Shown here piece by piece: positions 10,358 to 23,618 of a DNA stretch of 64,000 bases. Both the position numbers and the translations under genes were made by a program. Under the pieces are notes generated by a model. It searched no databases. It was not told the DNA's origin and saw only the letters and a program-made list of their open reading frames with translations. Source of the DNA: Balanoglossus misakiensis (Eukaryota; Animalia; Hemichordata); contig CM082597.2 in the NCBI GenBank assembly GCA_040954595.2, positions 4,345,244-4,409,243 on the forward strand, written 5' to 3'. The number at the start of each line of letters is the position of its first letter. Position 1 is the stretch's first letter.

Positions 10358-12466
10358 TCAGATTTCTCTGTAAATGACAATTCTACCACACCCTTCGCTG
10401 TCCTCGTCAGTCACGATAACTTTGTACGGGCGCTTCTTTGTGACGCAGACAGCGACAGGGTTACAGAGCTTGTCCCCGGGACTGTCCACGCGGCCGATAA
10501 AGCGCCCTCCGGAGGAGAACATCTGAAGCCTGCCTTTACTGCAGACAAATATGTTGTCGTGGGGGTCCGTTGCCACGCCCAGGGGTCTCTCAAACTGGCC
10601 ACTGTCCGTGCCCTTTGACCCGAAGGAGAAGAGCAGTTTCTTGGTGTCTGTGTCGAATACCATCACTCGACAGGAATTCATGTCCACGGTGATGACTTGG
10701 TTGTGGCTGTTCACGTCTAAGAACCTCACATCTCCAGCGAACGATAGCTCTTGCCTGTTCTTGCTTGAACCCAAATCCCAGTACGTTACCGTAGCCTGCT
10801 GTCTGGTGGCCGGCACAGGCGCAAGCTGCAGGCGTGACTGTGGCGGACTGCTGCCTGCTTTGCTCTTTTTTCTGCTCGACGTCAAAAGGAAAACTTTGCT
10901 CCTGTCCGCAGTTGTTGTCAGTCCCAGCGTCTCGACGGTCTGTCCGTATTCCTCCTTGAAGTAGGTCTCCCCTCCTTCGTTGCAACGGCTGAGAGTCTTG
11001 CCATCAGTCACTAGAATATTCCCTTCGATTGACGATAGAGTCTTGATTGCTACGAGATCAAAGGGGTTCTTGAAGTACATTTGCGACTTGTAGCTGCCTC
11101 CGATGGTATACTTCAGTACTCGGTCATTCCCCATGGCTGCCACGAGAAACTGACGCTCATCATTTGACACACTCAGCCCCCTCGGCTGCTTTAAAGCATT
11201 CCGCTCATGAAACGCTCCGTACGAGTCGATGACTTCCATCCTCTTAAACTTTATGTGAGAGCTGCCAAGAGGGGGCGCTGGTGATGGACTTTGGAGCAAG
11301 CCAGGATCAGCAGCTGCTGTAAACTTGAATCCTTCTGGCTGTGGTGCGAGAGAACCTTTGGGACTTGATGTAGCTTGTGTGCCAATGGTTCCAATGTTGT
11401 CTGACAGTTTCAGGTCGAAACTGGCACGACAGTAGAACGCAATGGGCGGGTGACCTGGGGCTGGGAGAGCCGTCTTTTGTTTGACAATGTCCTGCAGTTG
11501 AGAGAGGTGCTGCTGCTCTAGAAAGAAGACAACGGCATCCATGTCACTCCACAGCATCTCGTTCGCCATTGTTGTGATATTTCCGCCATGTTTGATCAGC
11601 TCATCAAAGTGGGTTATTTTTCTCTCTAAAGTGTCTATCTGAGGAGCAAAGTGGTCCTGGATCTTCAGCAGTAGAGACTGTTCATACTGCTTCACTTCCT
11701 GCATGATGGCTGCCGTCTTGGAAGCCACCTGAGTGTACAATTTACTTCTCTCTGTAACGCGCGCATCTCTCAATTCTCCCATCTTCTCCCTCGCCGACTG
11801 TAGCTCTGGTAACTTCCGGTTCGCCCTTCCGACCAGATCCAAGAGCCTCTCTCGTTTACTTTCGGCAGCGGTCTTCAGACTGACATATTTGTGACGTTCG
11901 CCCTGGTGGTCGGTATGAATGCACTCCATGCATACAGGGAGTTGGCAGGTCTCGCAGTACATCTGTAATAGGTTGCCGCTGTGGAGGGCGCAGTCTGCCG
12001 GTCGTAGAAGGTCGGCTGGTGTCGAGCGGTATTCTTCAATGGAGACAACCTTGTGGCCTTTTGTCACTGTGATCTTCACGTGTCTATCTCGGCACTTACG
12101 GCACTGTATTTGATCACAGACCGTACAGTACGCCACCCCTGTCCTCCTACACACGCCGCACGGGTCGCCCGAGTAGCTATCCTCTTCTTGCTTCTTCATC
12201 TTCTCGACGTACTCGATCAAGGCGATGGTGGTGTAACTGTCCGGTAGCCCGGCGACGCCCGAACCCCGTATGGCAGAGGAGTTATCAACCCTACAGATGG
12301 GACACTTCAGTCTGCCGTAGTTCCGCGACACTATGCCGTTCAGACACGACAGGCAGATGACATGGCCACACTTTGGCAACGTTTTGGGACTTGAGAATCG
12401 ATCCATGCATATTGGACACTGAAGGAACTGGTCGTCGAGTTCCTTGCCAACACTAGAAGCAGCCAT
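10358..12466 (-). CDS. TRIM E3 ligase: RING, two B-boxes, coiled coil, C-terminal NHL-like beta-propeller (TRIM56/TRIM2/3-like, no filamin domain seen), 702 aa, single coding exon
   Basis: RING CPICMDRF...CGHVICLSC...CPIC; B-box1 CGVC...CTVC...CRKCRDRH...H; B-box2 CALH...CETCQLPVCMECIHTDH; heptad-rich coil; NHL motif FSFGSKGTDSGQFERPLGVATDPHDNIFV. Confidence 0.92.
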   Translation of the reverse strand: MAASSVGKELDDQFLQCPICMDRFSSPKTLPKCGHVICLSCLNGIVSRNYGRLKCPICRVDNSSAIRGSGVAGLPDSYTTIALIEYVEKMKKQEEDSYSGDPCGVCRRTGVAYCTVCDQIQCRKCRDRHVKITVTKGHKVVSIEEYRSTPADLLRPADCALHSGNLLQMYCETCQLPVCMECIHTDHQGERHKYVSLKTAAESKRERLLDLVGRANRKLPELQSAREKMGELRDARVTERSKLYTQVASKTAAIMQEVKQYEQSLLLKIQDHFAPQIDTLERKITHFDELIKHGGNITTMANEMLWSDMDAVVFFLEQQHLSQLQDIVKQKTALPAPGHPPIAFYCRASFDLKLSDNIGTIGTQATSSPKGSLAPQPEGFKFTAAADPGLLQSPSPAPPLGSSHIKFKRMEVIDSYGAFHERNALKQPRGLSVSNDERQFLVAAMGNDRVLKYTIGGSYKSQMYFKNPFDLVAIKTLSSIEGNILVTDGKTLSRCNEGGETYFKEEYGQTVETLGLTTTADRSKVFLLTSSRKKSKAGSSPPQSRLQLAPVPATRQQATVTYWDLGSSKNRQELSFAGDVRFLDVNSHNQVITVDMNSCRVMVFDTDTKKLLFSFGSKGTDSGQFERPLGVATDPHDNIFVCSKGRLQMFSSGGRFIGRVDSPGDKLCNPVAVCVTKKRPYKVIVTDEDSEGCGRIVIYREI

Positions 12467-12570
12467 AATGGAGTATGTTCTGAATACCCTAAAAAGAAGT
12501 AAAACATTATTGATACGGCCATGGGAAACAATCGTGTTCCTGGTAACCCTACCTACAATGGTTTAAAACT

Positions 12571-12655
12571 TAGACAGACAGACAGGCAAGCTGACAGGCA
12601 GGCAAACAGAGAGAGAGACAGACAGGCAGGCAGGCAGGCAGACAGGTTGGCAGAC
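12571..12655. repeat. (AGAC/AGGC)n tetranucleotide microsatellite
   Basis: agacagacagacaggcaagctgacaggcaggca... Confidence 0.85.
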
Positions 12656-13548
12656 GACGAACAGCCAACAGGTATTGACAACAATCGTTGTGCACCTCTG
12701 ACTTTGTTTACAAAAGGTCACTTAGGGGGCGTGAATGTGAGTTAAATGGCCGCTATAAAATACGCCAAACAAACGACAACAGGCGAACACTGATAACAAT
12801 GGAGGGGACACAGAGTTTGAATTGATTGTCGTCGTCTTAGCTTAGACTTATACATGATCGTCAAGCGTCAAGTTTCACAATGCCAATGCAGTGCTAGCCT
12901 CACCTGCTGGCCGGAATCCTGGACTAAGGTTTATAGCTCGGTTCCTTCAGCAGTCAGCGCGCGTAAACGACTCGACCAAAGTGCAGTGGAGTCAAACTTC
13001 CGCGTGTGACGTCAGAAATAGTGCGCCGTCGTTGTCCCTTCCTAAAGGGTCTGTCGTTTTCGGAATGTCGACAATTAATCCAAAATGTACAGGCATTCTT
13101 GAACGCGCATTTAACCCTTACAGGTGTACATCCTTGCAATTTTATTGGTCAAAGGGTAATTCACTACATATCCACTAAACGGTGTCTTGTATCAAACACA
13201 ATTAAAGGGCAGCACGAGAGAGATTTTATCCCTTTAATTAGACAAACGCTTCAAACGCCACACCATTTGCACCACAAGAAAGAATTTATTTCCCTTTACA
13301 CAAACAGGTCTACAATTAAATGAAAAAACTGTTCTCTGTTAAAAATAGAAATAAAGACTTCAACAGTTGAAGAACAACCCACACAAATCAATAAAGATTG
13401 CGTTCAGTCAAAGATTCATTATAGAAAACAGAAACAATACATAGGTTACATGATATATATTTCCTCAATATATTTTAATAGTATAAGATTTTCAGAAGCA
13501 ATGAAAATTAAAGGTATCGTCCATTTATTTCCATTGAGCGCCTTTTTT

Positions 13549-15129
13549 TTACAAACCTGCAAAAAGGAAATAAATTAACATATATATTTAGTCGTAAAAT
13601 AACAAAATACGTATGGTATACATTAACCTATTTGCAATAAATGGTACTTAACACTTAATTGTGCTTTTCAATCTGCCGTATATTATTTGGTGCGTACTGA
13701 CTATGAAATAATTTTTACGTGGGTAACTGCTGTTGATCATGATTATTGCTATAGGATTTTTTGTTATTATATGAAACTATCAACTTTCCTGTCAACTTCA
13801 GTTGTTGATCTTTTATTTTCACAAAGTTAACACAATTTTATTTTTACTTACACCAGTAGCGCAGGTTGAGGTACTTGTCAGTCCCAGGGCATGGGTCGGA
13901 GCCAAACTCCTTCGGAAAGACAGAGATGGTACAATAGTTTTTCCATCTGCACGTGTCTCGCATATGGTCAGCTGCTGACGCTAAATCACAGTTGGTGTCA
14001 TTTTTGGACGTCGCGTTGTCCAAACACGTCACGATGTCTTGCCGGCCGTAAGATGCTGTTTGGAACCACACGATTCTCTTGTTGTAACAGTTAACGCGAA
14101 TCGTTTCTTCGCCACAGCCGATGGCAGCAAATTCCCAGAGTGGTATCCATTGCGATATACCTTTGATAGAGATCGATGAAATTGTAAGATATTTAAGTAG
14201 GCTTGTGGAATTCTGAACTACAATACTTTACTGAAATGCTTCATAAATTAACAATAACCAACTTGATACGATTTTGACATTTTTGTGCTACACTTTAATT
14301 AACAAGAAAAGCTCAGTTGTAACATGAATAGCCGACGACTACAATCCTGGGCCGTTGTTATATATAGCCATATGTTCAATTGAAAGACGGAAATTAACTT
14401 ATACCCTGATTTTCTATCCCTATTTTTTGCTGTTATAGTTCGTACTTACACCTGTATCTGATCTTCAAGTATTTATCTGTGTTTGGGCAAGGGTCCCCAA
14501 ACATAGAATTGGTAGCTCTAACGTCGCACGTCTGCTTTCCGTGACACTGTTCCTGCACGATGGTCTGTGTATGGTGGGCGTAGCAATCAGTGTCATATCT
14601 CTCTGCTGGGGAACGGCGGCAGGTTGTGTGATCGGTACGCCCATAGTTAGCCTCATTGATTGAGATCTTCTGACCGCTTGGGCATTTTATGTGCTGTGTG
14701 AAATTTTCACACACGATTTCGGTTTTTGGTATCCAACTTAAGGCTTCAAGAAAAATTTAGTCAACACATGACATACATGTCTTTAAAATATACAATTAAA
14801 AACAAAAGAAATGGTTAAACAAATACAAGCATATAGAGAGATGTATTGTAAAAAACATTGACCATTCATATTGCAAAATGGTCATTTCTGAAAAATTGTC
14901 ATCTTACACTACTCTGTTTGGTCTCTGATGTCCGTGATCCGCTGCATGTCATTTTAGTGCTACATCTTGTGTTTTGTTTGTCTTGTATTCTCTTTTTCCT
15001 GTGTATTTGTTTACATTAAGTAAATAAAAATGTATAAAAAAGAGAGTATGTAAATTAAAAACAATATTACTTAAACCCACCTGGTCCGCTCAGTTGCATT
15101 ACACAGATTAATAATATAATGGTTTTCAT
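13549..15129 (-). CDS. Secreted rhamnose-binding lectin with two tandem SUEL (Gal_lectin) domains, ~219 aa
   Basis: Signal exon 15129-15081 (MKTIILLICVMQLSGP). Domain exons 14743-14450 (VCE...ANYGR...DPCPNTDKYL) and 14160-13852 (ASYGR...DPCPGTDKYL). Terminal micro-exon 13556-13549 followed by AATAAA. All junctions are phase 1 with GT-AG ends. Confidence 0.9.
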
Positions 15130-17907
15130 GATGTAGGAAAATGCAGACCACATATTCAGTTCCGGCAAATTCAAACTGCAGTAAATTTCTCCCAGATGAC
15201 GGACTTTTAATAACTCTGATAATTTTGTCTCAAAGTGAGGCTATGACACCCACCGTTGACCATGTTACACACACCGCCTGTTGCTATGACAGCAAGCATG
15301 CTACAACGACATTGAAGCACAGTGTCTCCCAGTTGATCAGGCTTGACAACTGTTCCTGGTAATTGTAAACTGTGTGTTGAAGTATCATTATTTACACCAT
15401 CATAAAAATCGCTTTACGAGGAGAGATACGAGCAATTACCCGCATACACAAGCATACCAACTAGATGTGGACTGAAAATCTCCCGTGGCTAATATAGATT
15501 GACATTTGACATTACTATATGAACTAAATCGATTGTGGACCAGAACAGATAAACACCGATACATGTCATTAACACATCGTCTGGTTTGAATCACAGCAAA
15601 GTCCATACAATGTCAATGCAGTTTTACAACTAGTCTACGTCATCAGGTGGATTACTTTCCCTGATTCGATAATAGTAGCCGTTAAGGGCTTATCTGACAC
15701 ACTTGGAAAAAAATACAGGTGTTTACAGAAAATGAAAGACAATATTGCTTGATTGAAATAATTTTAAATATGTCAGGCATTGTTTTGAGAAGATAAATAG
15801 GAAAGTGGAGAGAAAACAGCTGAAGACAGCACGTTTCACCAAAACCGATGCAATGATTTCGAAGTATAATACTTCTGTTCAAAAGTTCACTAAATAACTA
15901 ATTAGCAGCTATTTAATATGGTAGCCAGTGAAATGTCTATCAAAGCACATAGTGAGATAAAATCACAGCAAGTAACAATGCATCACAAGGCACACCATAT
16001 GGCGCCATGTCGATTTATCATGAAAACAGGAAAAAGCCAAATGATGATTGTTTTTACCCAGAGGCCAAACCATACCTTAATGGGCGGCCGGATGGTCGCA
16101 GCAAACTAACGTGATTTTAAACACTTTTCAGCTTACTGAAACAAGTTGTCGCTTTCGGCATTAACTTGTCCGTATTTTGTGGTTCACTAGATAATTCGAA
16201 ATATTTTGAAGGAAACCAAGCAGATGGTGCTTGCGTGTCCAGACGGTTAACTATGACCATCATCTTAATAACCCTTGCTTCGAGCAACAAAAATACACAT
16301 ACACAATTTGTAAAAATGCCAAACAAAACATAAACCTTGAAAAAATTAACACGGAATCACCCTTTCGGTGTATGCAAATATTTGTCATCATCTATATTAC
16401 TCCAGACGTGAAGAATGTCATTTAGGAAACAACTTAACGTCGGATTTCCAAATCTATTTACACCACAGTATGTAAATTGTGAACAATGGACCTCTGATGG
16501 CATCGTTATATAGCGCCATCTATTGGTGTATGATCTTATTAATTAACAAAATATACCCACACTACTATGATATAATATAGTGACAAGACAAATAAAAGTA
16601 CGCCTTCACTTGGTCATGTCATAGAATGCCTTTGTCTTTATAAAACTCTCTATATACTGTTTGCATGTAGATGAATGTTAAGTTTTGCTACCAATGAGAA
16701 AGCTCGACACTTGGACCAATGACAGCCATGGATAGAACGGCGCACGCCACGAGCATTGTTCCCGGGGTCTGCCGCTTGGTGCGCTGTACTTTGAGCGAGT
16801 GAAGGGAACCAGATATCGTGACGACATGTCAGACGCCCCCAGGTTCATGTAGCCGACTTGCAGCAATGTTGTTAATCCGCCACTTTTTTGCAGATCACAT
16901 CAGCGATGCGCAGTAACGACAGCAGTTGCAGTGTAGTCTTGAATAACCGTAAAAAGATTACATCACAATGTTTTGATGGAGAAAGAAGATCGAATGTAAT
17001 TTGGAAACTCCATTATCTGATGGAATTATTTACAGGCGCGGGGGTCTCAGCCCCGCACTTAGATCCTGTTTTGAGAAATCTTGAAAGTTTCTAAACTCAA
17101 AGTGAGTTTCATCGGTAAATCTACTTAAACATTACGCGAAGTAACCAGAGTAATAGCTGCCGATAATCAATTATTTGATTAAAGTACATGTACTAACATA
17201 CACCAATATTATGAAGCAACTAAAAGTAGTATTAACAGGTCCATGTTGTCAAAATGTCCATACAATTAAAATGTGTTCGAAAACAATCTGATGTGACAAT
17301 CTTTTATGATGAAACTATTTTTTAAAGACATATGGTTGCTTTCAGATAAAGTCACGAGGGTGTGAATCTTCGACACCTTCTGGTGAAAGTCAAATCTAGT
17401 TCATAATGAACAGATGTTTGTACATGGGATCGTCACATACGGGGGTCTTGTATTTGTATGGGTTAGCATATGCTGAAACTCATTTTGCACGGGAACTAAA
17501 ATTAGTACATTGTGTTATTTACGTATATTTATATATTTATAATATTTGAAGGAATGAATGTGTTAACACATGTTGAATAGTAAAAAGCATAGATCTAACC
17601 CGTCAACAGCATGGAGACATATGCCCACATCCGTTCAATGTGAAGTGTATTGTGCCGTCTGCATGAGCGACGGTGGAAAAGCAGATTGAAAGGACATAAA
17701 GTTACAACGGAATTCATCAAAATGTTCAAAACTGTGAAAGTACCCGATTCGTCAATTAAATGCCATTTTCAATGCACATGAAGTAATGTTGAATTAGTAA
17801 ATAAACTAGGACCTCCATGACCAGACTTTTATCGAACTCGGTGAAGCTTGAGTCCCGCTACTTTTTGCTCACGCTAAAATAATGGAAACAAGCATTTCAC
17901 AAATACA

Positions 17908-17954
17908 CAAAATGGCGGATGCAAATAAACAAATGTGTCAGAAAGATGACGTCA
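17908..17954. promoter_or_regulatory. Dense motif cluster (YY1, octamer, FOX-like, CRE) ~450 bp upstream of the pentraxin gene 1 TATA
   Basis: CAAAATGGCGG, ATGCAAAT, TAAACAA and TGACGTCA within 47 bp. Confidence 0.35.
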
Positions 17955-18902
17955 GTGCAGATTATGGAAAAAATAAAGACGAATTGTAGTACCCTCAGGA
18001 AACAAATTTATTCATAATAAGACATACGCGAATCAAAACAGCCTGTAATTGAAACGTCATTATATTTGACGACCATTCGTCAGTACAAGCCTCGCAGGGA
18101 ATTTTTCTGCGCTCTAACGGCAAAATAACACGGAACACAATAACGTGCTGACAGAAAACATGTTTGTGGTTGCGGTCAGCCAAAACTGAAAACTCGTTTT
18201 TTTGTCATCATCCTGCCAGTAGGCGGGGCATACGCAATTTGCCGTAAATACACCCGCACTGCTAATTTAGAATATCTTCTCATTAACACATGCAACAACA
18301 TACGGACCCACATATAGAACGTGTTAGGAAAATGTGGTTTTCCTCATTAACATATCTGTGCATATTAATTCCCCACTGTGCTCACTTTGAATATTGCCAT
18401 AAATAGGGCTTAATTTTTTAATTTGTCACATTCATCTTCCAGGCGTTTGTAGAAGCAGAGCTGTTCGGGAGGTAAGGGAAAATATTTCATAGTTGGAGTG
18501 TATCGGTACAAAAGACCTTGATAAATCGGATACATGCGTATAGGTTGTCTTCGATTACATGGCATCAACCAACCACATCTTGTATCTAGATTTATCACCT
18601 ATGTGGCTAGGCATCCTTGAGTAGTCGTCAATTACTTTGATCTAACATACCCAAGAGTATTAGGATGATTTCTTGGCATACCACACGATAAGAGGGATGG
18701 CAGCAATGATGTTTGCATTTGTTATTGTTTTTAAGTTTAATTTATTTAATGGAAATTGAAAATCACACGAAATGCTGTTCAATACCCATTAGATATTAGA
18801 CGAATGTATTCTCTGATCTGAGATCTCATCTATTTTTTTTCTTCTCAGGTGAAATCAGTTATTGATCTTTTTCTTAAAGTTGAATAGAGTGACATAGAAA
18901 AC

Positions 18903-21781
18903 ATGAGAATCATCGCTTTCGTCGCCGCCATCCTCTGCGTTGGCGCATGCGTATCAGGTAAGTCTAACTATGACGAAAACAGTCTACAATTTAATGCTTT
19001 TTTACGTTAGTACCTTTAAACGTGAACAGGTTCAATATAAAACGGGTGCCACACGCGTTAATTCACCCCGTTGTAAGAAAACGATTCTTTTTATATGGAC
19101 ACATTCGTATTAGAATCTTTACAATACAAATTCAAAATGGCGTCGTTTGTCGGCTCAGGACAAGAAGATTGAAGTATTTTGTCGTTGAAAATGTGCTACA
19201 AAGCGGGGTTTAAGCTGGTGTATCATTTTTTTCTGAAACAGCTGGACCAGCTGGAGACTGCAGCAGCGGATTCCTGAAAGGCCAGATGGCCGCCTTTGCT
19301 GGCAACCACGGTAGTTACATGAAGGTTGCTACAAACTGGCCAGATCTAGACAAGGTGACGACATGCTGGTGGCTCCAGACTTTCGTCGCCACAGGATCCA
19401 CGGCCGACATCACCTACTTCACCTACACCACCGAGGACGAGTACAAGGGCTCCCTCTTCGCCAAGGACATCAGGCACTACAAGATCTACCTCAACCGTCT
19501 GCGGGCCTACGGCGGCACCGACTTCGACATCCGCTACGGTCTCTGGCATCACCTTTGCTTCGCCTGGTCCAACGAGGCCGGTGACTACACCATGTACAAG
19601 GACGGCGTGCCCCTGAAGAGAGGCAGCGGATTGAAGACCGGTGAAGTGATCAAGGGTGGCGGAGAGCTGTACGTTGGACAGTACCTGGCCGAAGCCGGCG
19701 GCAAATTCTGGGCTGAGAGATATTCTTACAATGGCAACATGGCCGGTCTCCAGTTCTGGAACGGCGTTGGCAGTGATGCTGATATTGCGGTAATTGTTAC
19801 ATAGTATTCATAATTCTTATTATCTACTATTTTTTATATTTCACCGTTTTCGGTACAACATTACCTCAAATATTCTTGACAAAAACATACTTTGAACTCA
19901 TGAAAAGCAAACACAATTTGTCCAAAAAGCAGGTCTTGAGTTAAGTTGGCTGATTGACTGACTGATCGATTGACAATCAATCAATCAATTTGTCAGTTGG
20001 TCAGTCAGTCAGTAAGTAAGTGTCAGTCAGTCAGTAAGTAAGTGACTGACTGACTTGCTATAAAGACTCCAGTTATATGCAGTATTTAACACAAATAAAC
20101 CTTCATTTCCATTTCTCGTAAAAATGTTATTTAATAACACCTTTCTCTGTTCATTTTTTATTCTAGGCCCTGGCTCTTAGCCGTGATTCATCCATGGCAT
20201 GTGGTAACTTATTCGCCTGGACTTCCTTCGAAGAGTCCAACCTTATCGGTGTGGGAACTTGCCCATCACCTCTGAACGACAGTAAGTATGACAAGCTATG
20301 CATAGTCACAAGTTCTGATGGTATGCACAGTCCCCCTGTGCTATAGTTATAGATGGACTGTGCATTGCATATTAATATGGATACTCTACGAATTACATAG
20401 AGAGACTGTGGTGCATGTATTGTTGCTGATTCTATACACGCATTATTGCCAAATTCTATTTTGTGTGTAATGCATGCAGGTAATAATCTTGCAGCATTAT
20501 ACTAAACTACCAAAGACACATTTTCAATAAAGTGTGCAGATGTTGGTATGTTGTCCACTCCAGTGCTTTCACGATCTCGGCCTTCGGACCGATTTTCATT
20601 CTTTTTCTCGATCAACAGAACCCAGAGTCACAAACTGTGAAGATGGTGAGTTCGCCGGCAAAGTTCTGCAGATGGGCGAAGGTATCGGCAGCTACGGCTA
20701 CGTGCAGTCCTACCAGACCGTGCCCGATCTGAAATCCTTCACCCTGTGCGCCTGGGGCAAGACCACCGACACCGTGTCCACCATCGACATGTTCGGCTAC
20801 CGCGTCAAGGACGCTACCCAGGGCAGCTTCTGCGTGCGCGACCCCACCAACCTGCAACTGTACGTCAACGCCGAGGGCGGCGCGCCCAGCGGCGGAGCCA
20901 TCAACAACGGCGAGTGGTACCACGTGTGCGCCACCTGGGACTCGGCCACCGGCGCCCACCAGTACTTCGCCAACGGCAACCTGATGTCCTCCGGAGAGAA
21001 TCTGATGGCCGGCCAGACTATCCTGGGAGGTGGCACCCTCGTCATCGGTGTCCCACAGCGTCGTCCAGGCTGTGACTTCGACTGGAAGAACAGGTTCAGC
21101 GTTGAAATCACTGACTTCAACGTGTGGAGCGATGTTAAGAAGCCTGATGAAATCTCTGTAAGTTGAATTCGTATACCTGGCATGTTGTGATGCCATATCC
21201 CATAGCACCTATCAAATGTCAGTACTATTTACCATCAATCATTATATTAAGTAGAAAAATTCAACAGTACTCTCTATACAATAAGACAATGCACAGAAGT
21301 CACATTAAACACAGGAATATTCCAGACAAAAATTAATCCACTGCCCGTTTACCTATGATAAAGCCTGAGCCACGTACGCCTCTACGCAGAATTAAGTTAG
21401 CGCTGCCATATTGTTTCTTATCACACCTCATTAAATATTCATTTTTAACGTGTCTTCTATGAACTATTTTTTCCGCGTAGAATATGCTGTGCTCTCCTTG
21501 CCACGGAGGCTGTGGTAACGTCATTTCCTGGCACTACTTTACATCCACTGACATTTCCGCTGACGTCATGGTCAAAGATTCAGATGTACCATATGGTGAG
21601 TACGACTTTTCAGTCACATTCGAATTTTCTGTGTCTACCGCAAAATGTCTGGGGAAACAGAAACACCCAAATCAACCAATTTCACTATTGGAAATCATCA
21701 CATCGTCATTTCCTGTACTTGTATTACCTGCCTGATATTGACAATCTTTCTGTTTTTACTTTTCCAGAGAAGAAGAACTAA
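18903..21781 (+). CDS. Secreted tandem (two-domain) pentraxin-like protein, paralog 1, ~461 aa
   Basis: Exons 18903-18957 (signal MRIIAFVAAILCVGACVS), 19242-19789, 20167-20281, 20619-21157, 21481-21595, 21768-21781 (EKKN*). Pentraxin signature HxCxxW in both domains (WHHLCFAWSN, WYHVCATWDS), GGxLxxG and GN(L/V)xxW motifs. A probable non-coding exon 1 ends at the donor near 18471. Confidence 0.9.
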
Positions 21782-23618
21782 ACAGCTCAAAACCCCGCCA
21801 AAATCAACGTTAGTAACCGGCACAGGGGACGTTACTTTCGGACAACGGGAGACACTATACGTAAACATGGCGACGAGAAGTCTACATCTGAACTTCTAAA
21901 TCACGTGTCCCATATGCAAAGATTTTCATAGACAAACACTGACTGGAAAATATCATGAACGCAGATATGCTGATGAATGTTACTACATGACTGTGGACAT
22001 TGTGTTTTCGACAGTCATTGAACTCGAAGCGAAATATTTTGGTTACTTGTATTGTTTTATTTACACCTGCCTGTTGTTCAAACTGCGAATACTAGTATTA
22101 TGTATAGTCATGCTTTCCTATATACCACATGTAGATTAGATTAATTTTCCATCTCAAACATCATGTCCTGTAATTTCCCATCGGGTTTTGAATCAAATTA
22201 AATCAAAACATCAACAACACATACACTTTATATCGAGGTTTCATTTCCGTTGCATCTGTATTGGTTTCGTCGCCTCTGATTGTGCAGGCTAAATAAAACA
22301 ATATTAACAAATCCATTTCTGTTTCAGTAATATTTATACTCCAATACATATAGTATCTTCCAAATGTTCCAAACGTCACATCTTTCACATGGTTTTTGAC
22401 ATTTAAGATAATGACAATTTCATAACTTTGACTAAATATTCACTAGTATTGACTGCAGACAAAACTTTCCTGAACGACGTGACTTCCTGATACACATTCA
22501 TTTTGCATTCAATCAACTGGCAATCGCTTTGTACACGAGATCGTGTTATCCCCTCCCATTGCATAGCAGTAAATGGCGTATTTACGTGAGCACTGCAATG
22601 AAGGCTCACTCATCTGTCACTGTATACGGTGATATTTAAATAAAACATTCCTTTCACATATGGCTGCACTATATAGCCTTGGCAGAATTGCCAGGTTGAC
22701 TTTTTCATTTTGAGGAACGTATGTTCCAACCCTAAAATACCACATCATTCAGCGACAGATGGAGCTATTGAAATATGTCCACCCGTGCCAATAAGGAAAC
22801 ATCTGCAGGCTATTTGAATTATTCAATAGTATATTCTATACGACGGAATGCAGCCTACAGCAACTGGTGGGATATAGGCTACATGCTTTTATGTAATTTT
22901 TTCCGAGCTCCGTACGACCTTGCGGGATCTCGCGTGGGTCAACAGATTATATGGGGGGAGATGTTCTTACACAGGAAAAATGGTACATGGCCCACTGTGT
23001 AAGACGACACAACCATTATAATATCACTAAAATCTCCCTAAAATATCAGTAAACCATACTACAGTCAGTAAAGCCCGCCTACCATGTCCTTGGGCATATT
23101 CTGTGACGATTTTGTCGGAAGCAAACATTTTGGTGTAAAACTTGCTCACACAAGCAAGCAAGCAAGCCAGCCAGACAATCAGACAGACGGACAGACAGAC
23201 AGACAGACAGAATGTTCTGTAGGATAGCATGCAGTTCCGTTTCAAACCACACGACCCCTAGTCTTGCCAATGTTTAATGTCATAGAACATACGGTTGTCA
23301 TCTTTTCAGAATTAAAATAGGTTTTATACTATCTGCCTTTCTGTCATATTCTTGATTTATGCAATATTCATGAGACCTATATGAGATATAAGTTGTGATA
23401 AGCACCACACAGTTTCAGACGGATTTACTTGTCTTAACAGATACTGTGCAGAAAAAAAGGTAAGACAAATATTTCATTGTAAAACTTAGATTTTTGCACT
23501 GTAACCGTTCTCGTAACTTGAAATATCTATTTTTCAATCTCGCGTGTCTGTGCTCGAACAACATGTCTGTCCCAATCACATATTTTCATTTTCATAGGTG
23601 TTGTTTAACACTGACCCG

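Noticed and set aside
16678-16866. GC-richer patch with a 62-aa ORF between the lectin and pentraxin genes
   Set aside because: No convincing splice sites or recognisable homology.
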